A stretch of DNA of 64,000 nucleotides from Klebsormidium nitens. Its lineage: Eukaryota; Plantae; Klebsormidiophyceae. Below the pieces are notes generated by a model, which ran no database searches, had not been told where the DNA came from, and saw only the letters and a list, made by a program, of their open reading frames with translations. Every line of letters starts with the position of its first letter. The stretch's first letter is position 1. The stretch is from the NCBI GenBank assembly GCA_000708835.1, contig DF237162.1:63700-127699 (forward strand), given 5' to 3'. The position numbers and the translations under genes are program-made. Below are positions 1 to 12,368 of this stretch, piece after piece.

Positions 1-448
1 GTACACTCAGGGCTATTAAGCACGCAGAACGTCGGGTACAGATGGATAAAAGACAACTTATTGTAGCGCATAACCAGCAGCTATTGCCTCTTGTAACTCT
101 AGAGCATATAAAGATACTGCTAGAGGTGGGCATAGGTGGCGCAGCGCAGCTAAGCTAGTGCAATCAAAGGCAGTGGCATAGAGCCTTGCAGATTGAGTAA
201 CATTGTTGGATAACTTTGGCACGCATTGCATGCACCTGATATCTCAGTTTTCTACGGTTTCCTACAATATCTGCCATCCATGCATACTGCGCAGTTCACT
301 TTTGCGCTGTTTCGACCGGACAAAAATTGAAAAGACTCATGCACATGACCGGAAATACAATGTCTTGCATGTAACTTTTCTTTGAGACAACTTTTGCCCT
401 TGAGCATGGGGCCCCATCTATATGAACTGAATGACAAATTTATTGCCC

Positions 449-1081
449 NNNNNNNNNNNNNNNNNNNNNNNNNNNNNNNNNNNNNNNNNNNNNNNNNNNN
501 NNNNNNNNNNNNNNNNNNNNNNNNNNNNNNNNNNNNNNNNNNNNNNNNNNNNNNNNNNNNNNNNNNNNNNNNNNNNNNNNNNNNNNNNNNNNNNNNNNNN
601 NNNNNNNNNNNNNNNNNNNNNNNNNNNNNNNNNNNNNNNNNNNNNNNNNNNNNNNNNNNNNNNNNNNNNNNNNNNNNNNNNNNNNNNNNNNNNNNNNNNN
701 NNNNNNNNNNNNNNNNNNNNNNNNNNNNNNNNNNNNNNNNNNNNNNNNNNNNNNNNNNNNNNNNNNNNNNNNNNNNNNNNNNNNNNNNNNNNNNNNNNNN
801 NNNNNNNNNNNNNNNNNNNNNNNNNNNNNNNNNNNNNNNNNNNNNNNNNNNNNNNNNNNNNNNNNNNNNNNNNNNNNNNNNNNNNNNNNNNNNNNNNNNN
901 NNNNNNNNNNNNNNNNNNNNNNNNNNNNNNNNNNNNNNNNNNNNNNNNNNNNNNNNNNNNNNNNNNNNNNNNNNNNNNNNNNNNNNNNNNNNNNNNNNNN
1001 NNNNNNNNNNNNNNNNNNNNNNNNNNNNNNNNNNNNNNNNNNNNNNNNNNNNNNNNNNNNNNNNNNNNNNNNNNNNNNNNN
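449..1081. other. Assembly gap (N-run); further gaps at 8593-8674 and 16444-16888
   Basis: Runs of N. The first and third gaps have the same sequence on both flanks. Confidence 1.
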
Positions 1082-2788
1082 ATCTATATGAACTGAATGA
1101 CAAATTTATTGCCCGGCCGGGGCATGCTTTGTAGAAGAAGTTTTATACGTACATGCCAGTGTGGTTGGACTTGTGCATTCGTTGTTTTAGGATCACTTTA
1201 TAAGTTGGCATCAAACTCAACCATTTGTATGCCATGCTTGCTAGAAGCCTATGGTCGCACTGACTACGGCGTAACGAGATTAGAGACGTACCATCACTAT
1301 AGCACATGCTGCAGGTGCCTTTTGCGTACGAACCGCCGCATACTAATCCGAAAATGATATTGTTTGAAGATGCACGTGACCAACTTCACGCTCACATGCA
1401 CATGTTGGTCAAGCTCCTTGATGGCATGCATGCCGGTGACGAGGCGGTAGCACCGGGCCATGGTTATAGATGCCATTGCCTAAAACACATACAATATATT
1501 TGCAGCAATATATAGGTATAGCGCTCGATCATGCATGCAGACGTACCATAAAATGGCCGGGTCACTTGCATGCATGGGCCCATGCACATATGAATCTGGT
1601 GGCATGCACTGCGTTGGACGATCAATACCACTCGCGGGCCCCATTTTACGGCCCGGCATATAATATCATAATCCCACACGTACTCAATACAAGCACGTAT
1701 ACAAGCATTTAATGATGCCAGGGGGGCTGCGCCCGAGCAATACGATCGACCTCTCATGGACAGTACACTGTATTTGAACACGAAGTTGACCCGGACAATC
1801 CAAAGTCAGTGTGTTGAAACCGGTGACGGTTAAAATGATGGAGTTCGATCCCTTTCATAGAATTCTACGCTTGCGCTCCCCTTCGAAACTATCATTGACA
1901 AAGATAGTTACATATCCATGAAAGCTATCAAAACGTTCAAGTTGCTGACTCTTGCCATCTTATATAGGTGACGACATGTACGGCGTGACAAAAGTGGTCT
2001 AATCAATCGACTTGCCATCATAAGAATGAGGGCTTCCGACCCTTGAAGCATGGCGTGCCCAGTTGAACAGCAGCGCAACAGAAGACCTGCTAGGGGATGC
2101 AATAGTCGTTTTCGCAACCGCCGTGGCCCAACATGATGCCGCTTCAAAGTGCTCTCGAATCTCTAGCAGTGTCGTACACAGCTGATTCGAGAACCAAAGC
2201 GAGACCAAGAGGACATGCCGGTGGTCACTCCATGCGCCGAACCGGCCACTGATCCTTACAGCCGCAGCATCACGCCTTAAATCAACAGCAGCACAACGCG
2301 CTCGCTGAAACTTGTTGTTTTGACCTCGGCCTCCTCTAAAGCGAACGTGGCACGAGGCAAGACAAGCAACTCACTCACGCGTTTTTGACATACTGCAACG
2401 CTCTTCGATGACGTCATGCTCACAATACCCGGCCGTGCTCCTTTGGTGAACAATTTTGCGCCCCAATGTGCGGCAGGAAGCGTAGAGTTTCGCTGAAGTG
2501 GCCTTAGCCGTCGGATGACGTAGGCTCACGTCACCAGCGGACTCCCCTGCTCCCTCGCGGCCAACCGGAGCGCTGAGTTTTGAAACATGCTGCAGTAGAC
2601 TAACCATCCGCTGACGTCAGCGGCAGCGCCCCCTCCTCGCTGGACGCCAGCTGTGCGCCGCTGGGACAATGGCCGCCTGCTCACATCATGCCCACGTCAA
2701 CGGTACAGCTGCTCCCGCGCCAAAAGTCCGAGCACGTGCACCGCGAAGTATGCTGGGTAGTGGATCTTGCCGCAAAAGACGGCATTGC

Positions 2789-5700
2789 TCACGTCAGCGG
2801 CAGCGCTCCCCGCTCGCTGGGTGTCAGCCCGTGCGTAGCGAGGTACGCCGCGTTGTGAAACTTGCTGAGGTGGCGCTGGCCGCCGTCGCAGAGGATGGTG
2901 ACGATCGTGTGCCCGGGGCCGAGCGCGCGCGCGGCACGCACCGCCCCGATGCAGTTGACGGCGGAGGAGCTCCCCAGGAAAAGACCGTCGTGCAGCAGGA
3001 GGTGCCTGGAAAGGAATTAGGAAGGTTTAGCTGATTGTATGGATCTGGAGAATGTTACAACAAAGCACAGACATAGAGTGCTTTTCGTAACGTGAAAGAC
3101 TGCATAAACGAGAAACAAGCAAAGGAGTCGAGGATCATAGTTGGTGCAGACTGCCTCCACGTAGTGGATACCGGAAGAGGTCCCGAGGAAGAGACCGTCG
3201 TGCAGAGAGAGTTGCTGGAACAGGGCGAATCTGACTGGCTCGACTATCCCAGTTGCCTGCATTGAAGGTGACGGTAAAAGGTTCTCGAGGAATGAGAGGC
3301 CGTTTTAGCTCAGCTTAACTCTTGGTCAGGATATTCACATGAGACCCTAGGGTTTGTGATGTAGAAAGCCCTTATAGACTGCGGCAACAGAACTGGGACA
3401 TGAGGACAAGGTATGAGCCGTCACGCGTTTCCAAACGCTGCTGTCTTCCAGACCGGCCCTGTGACCGACAGTTCAGCAGACTCGACGGCCGCCTGACTCA
3501 AGCTCAACTTTCCAGATGCCGTCAAACAACGGTCCGGGTTCTGACGGCCCGGATCGAGAGTCAAGCGCGGCAACCAGCTTTAACAGTTGGGCGGCAAGCC
3601 ACTGAAGTTAAGGACCTGCATCGAGCCTTTATAGAGCGCCTGCACAGGGGAATGGACGCGGACTGCGTGGCTGAACTCAAGGATTGCTTCGACGAGTTCC
3701 GCTGTGGACCCTCTCCCCCTTTTCCAGCCGCCTCCAGGGGCTTGCTTGACCCCCGGAATGATTAGAAAGCTCCAAACAGACTTGTCAATTTAGTGTGCCA
3801 GGAAACCCGGCACTATACCCAACTCAGGCCGCCTTCCAGGGCTTGCCTAACATTATATTCGAACGATGTATAGCGGAGTTATCGACTTGACCGGCAAAAA
3901 AACCGGTACTAACCTCGCCATGTCGACAGCCTCTTGGTCGCTCGCACGGAATGCCCCGTCCAGGCGCGCCTTCTCGAAGTTCCGCGTCATCCGGTTGATT
4001 CCGATGCCTTCCGTTATGGTGTCGAACGGATTCCGCAACCGCTTGCCCTCGGCCTCCTGAGGGGCGTACATCACGCCACGTGTCACCTTGTAGAACAGCC
4101 CCGATCCGGGGGGGTCGACGAGGAAGCACTTGACACCAGGGTTCTGGTCCTGCAGGTCGGACGAGGTAAGTGTTTCATGAGTGTCAATCTGGTGCACGAC
4201 AGCAGCCGGAAGCAACTGAAACAGCGAGCTTCAACTTTTGGGAACAAAAGGCTACTTCTTCGAGATGGCCGACAGAAAGAATAAGTTCACTACCGCAAAA
4301 AGTGCTCCGAGAACGAATAGAAAGGTGTTCCTCCTGGTCTAGAAGGAATCAAACGGCGACGACAGAAAAGGGCCCTTGGGAAAGTCGCATTGAATGAAGA
4401 AGGTAGACTGTTGGCACGGGCGTGATCAACGACAGCAAGAGTCTTTCAAAGGAGGCCCTGTAGTATTGGGCAGGCAGGACATGTCAGGAACTTTTGCGAA
4501 GAGGAGAAACGAGGAGGACAAAAGAAATCGGCCTCCGCAACAGCTGTACCGCCCACTAGAAAACTCAGTCTCCTAGCCTCATCATAATAACTTTGTAAGA
4601 GGAGCAAAAGCATTTGAAGGCCTCGACGTCAGAACATATCGAGGAAGCAGGAGGTAAGCAAGCGAGGTGAAGGGAGGTCGAAAGCAATCCGCCACAAGCT
4701 CCTTGCTAGCAGTAAGGACGAAACGAGGACGAAACTCTGCCCTAGACTACACTGGAAGAGGTCAATGAAGCCGCTGCTCTCACCTTCAAGAAGCACGATA
4801 CGCCAGCGAGCGTCCCTCCCGTTCCCGCGCCCGCCACAAACGCGTCCACGTGGCCCCCCGTCTGCGCCCAGATCTCGGGCCCCGTTCCCTCGTTGTGTGC
4901 GCGGAAGTTTGCCAGGTTCTCGAACTGGTCCGCGAAGAACCCGCCCCCAGCAAGGCCCTCCGAATCGCTTCTTGCACTTTCGTGCGCTGGCGCACCTTCT
5001 TTGCTGACGTCAGCTTTGAAGATTTGCGACTTTGCGGACTGGTCCGCTGAGAAGCCGCCCCCAGCAAGGCCCTCGACTTCGCTTCCCTCCCGCTCGTTGC
5101 TGCTGCGGAGCCCCTCTCTCGCATGGTCGCCCTTTGGGCTGACGTCAGCAACAGAAGGCGCTGAATGCTGAGATTTCTCCGTGTAGGATTCACCCTGAGG
5201 CAATCTTTCCGCTTCTTTTCCTGCTCTACATGCCTCGCTTGGCGTATACGGGCTGCTTGGCCCTCCCTCCGAAGGGGCGTCGCTTCCGCTGACATAGGGA
5301 CGAGGCGGACTGTCAGCCACGTCCTCAGGGCAAGCGCTGCTAAGGTCATCTGCTGCGCTGACTGCAGTGGCGATCGCTCGAGAATATGACGCGTCAGCGC
5401 CGGTTGCAGTGCCTTCAACAAACTTCTGGTCGGCGGACCCGTTGTTGACGTCGTCTGCCAGCGCCCACCTCCCACAGTCGCGCACTTCGGGCGAGCAGCT
5501 GACGTCAGCATCATTGGGGGTCCGCAGGGTCGCCTTCTCCTGACCAGAACCGGACGTTTTCGACTTGAAACGACCATCCGCGGCTGTCTCCGGTTCGGAT
5601 CGGGCCTCCGCGCCGCCGTCTATCCTCCGCCTTGCTGCCGTCATCAGGTCGTCAGCAGCCTCTAGATCCGCATCCCATCTTTCTCCAGTCCGAGCCTCCT

Positions 5701-8392
5701 TGCCGTTGGCCATACGTCCAGCTGACGCTTCCTGAGAACCGTTTGCATGCCCGTTCGGCATTGCCTCCGTCGACTCTTGCGCCGCACCCGCTTCCGACTT
5801 CCCCGTCCGTTCACGATTCGAGTCGCCTGCTCCCTGTCCGTTCGGAACGCTGTTGCCGGCCTCCTCTTCCATTCCCAGAAGATCATCAAACCAAGAATCT
5901 CCAACCCCTCCTTCACCCTCGTCTGGGCCCACTTCTTCAGCAAGAGACGCTTGCGCAACATCGTCGCCTCTTCGCACCCGCGAAACGACCATCTCCCGTC
6001 CCGCCGCGGCCTCCCTCTTTATCAGCTTTCTCAACTGCTTCGGAGTCAACCCTTCTGTCGCCGCCGTTGCTTGCCTCGCTTCCTCCCTTTTCCTCCGCAG
6101 TTTTGGCTGGCCCCGTGCTTTCCCATTACCCATCGCTTGCGCGTTGCCCAGTGAACCCTCTCGATGGCTAGAGTACGCAGACGTACGCAGCGCCCCAGCT
6201 GTCGCAGCCTGCTTCCCTTTCGAAAATTTAACGGTCGTTTCGCATCCACTCACTGACAAAGACTCCTTCGGACGCTCTCCTTGGGCCCCTCTCTTCCCTG
6301 ACGCCGTTTCTGCTGGTTCGACCTTCAAATCGGGAACCGTTCCCATTCCCAACGGCGCAAACTCTCCCACTTTTACCCCAATAGTCTCAACGGCTTCCCC
6401 CTGCACCTTTTGGACATCCCGCCCTTGGCCCCCGGCCTCTAGCGCCCTCCGCCGCGCAACGTTCACAAAGTGCCCCGGATGCGTAATCGACACCGGCCGA
6501 ACGCGCGCGACTTCTGCGCCCAACGCCTCGAGCATCTGGCTCTTCTCGACCGCGGCGTCGTCTGGTAGGGCAACGAAGCAGCGGCAGCCGAACGCGCGGG
6601 CGACCAATGCCAGGCTGACACCTGTGCTCCCGGCGCTGCCCTCGCAGACGAGCCCCCCCGGGCGGAGCTGACCGGAGGTAAGGCCCTGGGAAGGAAAAGT
6701 TAGGGGGGTAGGCAACCATCAGCAACCATCTGAAGAGGTTTGACAGGGAACAGGAGGGGTTTGAAGGGGGACAGGAGAAGTTCAACGGGCGACCGGAGGG
6801 GTTTGAGCAACCTGGAGCCGTGAAAACGATACGAGATATGGCAAATGGTGTGCAATAGCTTAGGCGGACCTGACCCGATGGGAACCCCTGAGAAGAAGGG
6901 ACGAGGGGGTTAAGACAGACGGAGGGGTCGGATGGAAATCAGGAAAAGCCCAAGAAAGGGGACGTGTGAAGGTTTTGCGAGAACACACGGATTACACGTA
7001 ATTGTCTGAGCGGAGCTGACTGGGGGAAAGGAGAGATCAGGGGGTTGAACGGACAACCGGAGGGGCCAAAAGGCAAATCGAGTAGGTTCAAGCAACCCGG
7101 AGATGTGTGAGTAATGGGAGTACAGACCAGCTTATGTGTATGGGCTCAATCAACGGGCGGAGAAGGCTGGAGGAGTGGGCTTGAGGACAACTCTGAGGAA
7201 GTGACAGTAAGCTGGGGGATCAAGAGAGCCAGGGGAAGAGGACTAGCTTGAGGGGTACTCAGAAAGCAACTGAGATTAACATATACAATCCAACCAAACC
7301 GTTGAACAAGTGTGACTGGTTGGTGGCCCGAAACCAGGTTCAGGAACCTGAGGATATCGTGGCCCCTGAGTCTGAAGCCCTGGACTTGATTGCTTCGGGT
7401 TCTTCTTCACCCCTGAACACAGCTTGGGGCTCATGTGCTAACCACACTAAACACACAAAGGAAAACCGATGCCACCAGACTTCCCTTCTGCCTTTGATGT
7501 TTGAATAGACAACCGTACATCAGAGTTTTCAATGTCAGACATATCATCGCATCAGGTGCGCGAGGCAGGAACTAATCCAAACTTAACCACCTCCCTCAAC
7601 GCATTGAGAATCTGCCATCCTCCTTTTTCACAGGGCCCCGAAATCTGATCTTGCTTTCGACTGAAACACATGTGATGAAGCAACCCTGAAGATGAAAGCA
7701 ATTGCGGAGAATGGAGCCACATCAAAGGCCATTTGTTGTATCTGAGGATGGCGGAGTTTTGTGTTCAGATCCCAGCCGCCTCAGTCAGTAAGCCCTTAGC
7801 TTGGATTCTGTACCCACTCCACCTCAGACTCTACAATTTCATGGAATAAGAGGAGTAGGAGACGAAGGAAATAGTGCGGTGCAAAAAAGAGATCCTTTCT
7901 CACCTCCTGAATTATTTTCACTGCCACTCTGTCTTTTACACTCCCCCCAGGGTTAAGGAACTCGCACTTCCCTAGGATCTCGCACCCTGTCGCTTCGGAT
8001 AGGCTATTGATGCGGATCAGCGGCGTGTTGCCAATGGCCGCCAACAGTCCCTGCTCAGCCTGAGAGCTTGCAAACTTAACACCAGCAGCGGCGCCCTGTT
8101 TGGCCTCTTGATGCTCAGCATGGCTGGTGTCAACAGCTCCCATTGTGAGCTGTCCAAGCAACCATCGCCAGAACTCAGGACTTTCATGGTCTTTTCCAAA
8201 TTTGTCCCTGACTTTCTCATCAATCTTACGTTGAGCACCACTAAATGGTGTTGCCGGTTTCTTTGACGTTTCTGCCTCTTGATTGCCGTCCTCCAACTCC
8301 CATATTCTGACAGCATTCCACGTCGCGACAACCGCAATTACTCCAGCTGCCACCACCGCTGCTGTTAGCACTGCGTCGGAGGAAGAAAGCAT
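2789..8392 (-). CDS. Cysteine synthase-like PLP-dependent enzyme (fold type II, membrane-anchored CYS2/MCY1-like subfamily), 4 exons: 8392-7904, 6685-4784, 4149-3914, 3005-2789
   Basis: N-terminal hydrophobic anchor ([19 protein letters not shown]), [12 protein letters not shown] lysine motif [53 protein letters not shown] and [18 protein letters not shown] junctions join these in phase. Confidence 0.9.
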
Positions 8393-9150
8393 CGTGCGCA
8401 AGGTTCTGGTTCGTGGAACAACTCTTACGAACAACACGCAAGCAATTCTAACAGGCAATCAGACACGAAATTGAAAAGCCTAGGCCTCCCACGCCTGCGC
8501 AAGCAAAGCCTGGGCAGCGCTACCGGTACTCTCGTCCTTTGGCTTCAACTTCAACTTCAAGTTCAAGTTCAGGTCCAATCCATAGGTTACTCNNNNNNNN
8601 NNNNNNNNNNNNNNNNNNNNNNNNNNNNNNNNNNNNNNNNNNNNNNNNNNNNNNNNNNNNNNNNNNNNNNNNNNCCCTGGAAGGCGCGCCATCGTGATCT
8701 GTTTCCTACACATCTAGTTTGCTCGTCTCCCCATTACCGCGCAACGGCAATGGTTGGACGCAGTGCACTTTTCTGCACTTTCGGACATGCCGGACTTTGC
8801 GGACAAGTGCATGAAATTTGTGGCATCGAGGCCCCAAAACATGTCCGAAAGCTCAAGGCGGAGGATGCATGCATGCCATGTCCAGTGGCGCAAGTAGTAC
8901 AAAGAACGGAGGCGTCTTCAGTGGCATGTGTGGGCATGTGTGAGGATTTTTTCAAGCAAGCTTGAAGACGCCTCTGATGTCATTGTTCAACTTCAAGTGG
9001 CTGCAGTTGTTTTTTGGGCAGCTCTGTGTGCAATCTCCGTTGTAAGCTTTCGTTGGAAGCCCTTGAAACGCAGCGGCGAGGTAGCTGCTGACAGGCAAGT
9101 TCTAGAGTGGGCGGGACACGAGAAGGTCTGAACCACAGCATTGTTCCATC

Positions 9151-12100
9151 ATGGGTTCCAAAGGGTGCGTCCGCGTGTTGGGGCGAAGGGGAATGAGAGT
9201 AGAAACTGATCTTGCGTCAATCGGTGGCCAGTCTCTGAAGTACAGAAACTGTCTCTTTAAGTATCAACAATTGATCAGCGAGAGACAGTCCTTCAAAACA
9301 GTCCTCAAAGATTTCGAAACAGTGCTCTTTCTGCAGCAATTGAGGAGCCAGCAGTGTCGCTCACAATACTTGGACAGGTCTCAAAGTGCCAATTCCAGGG
9401 CACACTCTTCAAATTCACACAGCTCTGCCAACAAATTAAGATCAGATGGCGTTACTAGCAAGTTGAACATTGAAAACATCCGGGCTATGAGGGACCCCAT
9501 CGAGAAGGCGACACGGTCAGGGTCCAAGAGACAAACAAGTCCGCTTTCTGCTCATACCTTGGAGAGTGACAAGAGGATGGGCATGGATGTTAGAAAGCGT
9601 TGTATGTTGCAAACGCTGTTGGCTGCTGCACTCCTGGTCGCGCCCCTTACTCCGCCCTCCGCTGAGGCACTGCAGATACATGTACGTTCTCAAGACTTCG
9701 AGGCAAGTAGAATCTCTGACTTCAGGCATGCTTCATTGGGTTAGCATTACATTCCCTCCCGGATGCTGATTACTATTGTAGGCTAGAGTTGAGCAACCAT
9801 GGGGCACTCAGAGGAGAATGCTGTCTGCAGAAAACATGTCTCCTGTTCAGCTCAAGGCCAATCAACTTTGTTGGTTCGTGAAGCTTGATGAGCAAGCATG
9901 GGGCACTCAAGTAGAATGCTCTGTGTAGAAAACGTCTTCTGTTCAGCTCGAGGCCAATCACTATGTTGATGCAGTTATCAATCTGCTGTTGAAAAGCTTC
10001 TGACTGACCATGAGAAGTAATGTCACCAGGTTGTTCCGGAAGCCAACATCGTTGGTGTCGCAACCAAGGAGGCGGCCAACCTAATAAAGTCTCTTCAGCA
10101 CAACAAGGTGAGGGCTGCTATGTGCTACACCTCCGACCCATGTGAACTAGCTGCTATTGTGGCTCATGGGTGGAGTAGAGTGATCGACAGCAGAATGAGA
10201 AGGCAATGCAAGAGTAGGCACTGAGCCGTGAAGATGTACATGCTAACAGGCATCTATTTGCTTGACTTCTTAGGAAGCTCTTAGAAGGTATTGCTTTGAA
10301 ATGTGTTTCTCTTTCAGCAGCCTTCATTGCACTGTCCGACTGTTTCCTCTGCTGGCTCACATGTGCGCAAAAGCAAGTCAGCCATGCTGGTCAAAAAGTT
10401 CCGACTTGTGCGCAGGTTTCCATCATGAGTACTTACATGATGCATTGTCCGAAAGACAGAAGAGCCCTCACCTAGCAAGGGTAAAGCTTTTGAATCAATT
10501 GGAAGGGCAGATCTCTGAGCCCGTGATTAGGGTGGCGGCAGGGGGGAGAGTAATCTGTCTTGATAAAATGTTTTAACGCTGGCCTCAATTCTTCCCTGCA
10601 GGATTTGGAGAAGGCTGTTGAGCAGATTAAGGTGCAGGTGAGCGTACGAAGCGTTTGCGTCTCGACTAAACGGGAAAGAGCAAACAACTCAATCATAGCT
10701 GTTTTGGAGTTCATGAAGAGCACTGATAGCTCATTCCTCTGATGACTCCGAGTCTGGTTACTAGAATCCTAGAGGAAAGGAATGTGCTCAATACTGTCTC
10801 CTGCAAGGTCCAACTTTGTTCTTCCCATCCCCTTGAAGAAAGATCTTAATTAAATGGCCTGTGATCTCCAAATCTCTTTTGTACAGTCTGCGAACCATTC
10901 CTTCTTCCACGTTGCATATGTACAAGGCCTGAAACCACGTCCGCTCTACAAGGTCATTGCTCTCCTCTTTGTAGGAGACTGACATATTGACTCGCAAAGG
11001 AACTTGAGTGCACTGCATAAAGCTGCATACTCAACCTGCCTCTAATTCACTCTCTCGGCAGCCCTTGCAACTACTCGTACATTACAGCCCTGGTTACAGA
11101 TTTCTACGAAGTAAGTCATCATGGGAAGTGGCCCCGTTATTCCACAGGAGGCGTATCCACTGCACTGTTCCCATGTCCCAAAATCCTGAAGCCCTACGCC
11201 GCTAACCTCTGCTAACCTCATTTCGTAACCCGTCCCAGGTGCAAGGCATCCTGACCCCCAAGGTGCGCGACATGGTACGCTGCTAACCACCGCTAACCCG
11301 ATTCCTTAACCCGTCCCAGGTGCAAGGCATCCTGACCCCCGAGGTGCGCGACATGGTGCGCCAGGCGCTCCCCTCCCCCAGCGCCATTTCGACTGACATC
11401 AGCTCCGGCATCCAGACCCTCGAAACGAGGACCGAAATGCTCGAGTCTTCTTTCTCATCCTCCATCCAATCCAGCCTCGAATCTGTGAAGACCTCAGCCG
11501 AGCAACTAGCAGCGCGCCTTCCACTGCTAAGAGGCCGTTCTCTGGATTGGCAAAGCTTGGAGGGATCGTTATCGGGCTTGGCCGGGGGGGCGTCAGTGGA
11601 TCCGGAAGTGCAAAGGAACTTGCAGAGCTTGCAGAAAGAGCTAGATAGTCGCGGGAACGAATGGGCGCGGGCATGGCGGGATGGGCTGACGAATCTCCAA
11701 AGTCAGCTGACAGAGCTGCAGGAGAAGGTGAGGAACACCGAGGTGTCAGGTATATGTAGCACTCGGTTGGATGTCGAGCTACCACAAACTTCGGGTTTTG
11801 AGCTTCTTAGGATCGAAGGGGAGGACTTAGACCCAGGCACAGCAGAGACGGCTTACAGGATTGCAGATGTATCCGGCTGAAATGCAAGGTGGCTAAATTG
11901 CAATGAAAAGCGGAAGGATCCATTCAGACACCCGTTGTTTCTGCAGAGTATGCAGAGCATTCTCGTACTAAGAAACTCGCCGCCTCTTGCGACAATCTCT
12001 GCTAATCAAGCCCTTGCCACGAGTGATAAGCACGATGAAACGCATGGTTTTCCTGGTCTTCATGAGCTGGCAAACTGTCAGTACTGATAGCACACGTGGG

Positions 12101-12368
12101 TGATTTGCTAGTAAGCTCAGGCTCAATGTTTTCGATCGTGCTCGGTTCGTTCCGACTTCCTCTGATTATGAGTACTTTGTTAAGACCAACGACTTCTCAA
12201 ACAGCTAGAGCCGTCGTTCTGCCTTCTGAAGCCACTGATTTGCAAGTTCGTTCTCTGCAGACCGCGTCGAGTAACTCCAGCGGAGACCAGCCTGTGCAAA
12301 ACGCCATCAGCAATGCGCAGGACTCAGTTGCTGCGGCCCTGACTAACCTCGGGAACATGGCAGGGGAC
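9151..12368 (+). CDS. Plastid/thylakoid-targeted coiled-coil protein of unknown function (exons 9151 or 9193-9681, 10030-10107, 10602-10637, 11320-11727, 12261-12368); probably the 5' half of the fibrillin-domain gene below
   Basis: Long Ser/Arg-rich leader ending in RKR + hydrophobic stretch + AEA (lumen-signal-like). Five exons joined by phase-0 GT-AG junctions with no stop. Heptad-like helices (LQSQLTELQEK). Confidence 0.6.
9793..9975. repeat. Two-copy ~100-bp intronic tandem duplication
   Basis: catggggcactca...agaatgct...agaaaac...ctgttcagctc(a/g)aggccaatca occurs twice in succession. Confidence 0.8.

Noticed and set aside
416-1114. Identical 33-bp sequence on both sides of the first N-gap (likewise around 16444-16888) and the X-filled ORFs across gaps
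   Set aside because: This is the typical scaffolding overlap or collapsed-repeat signature. The ORFs are artefacts of Ns.
1843-1851. GTTCGATCC tRNA T-loop-like word
   Set aside because: No acceptor stem, D-arm or anticodon arm could be folded around it.
2789-8458. Two or three separate cysteine synthase genes suggested by the ORF track
   Set aside because: The pieces are non-overlapping parts of one protein joined by in-phase GT-AG introns.
8543-8575. TTCAAC/TTCAAG hexamer run before a gap (and the CAGGA(C/G)T heptamer run near 40860)
   Set aside because: Ordinary short microsatellites.
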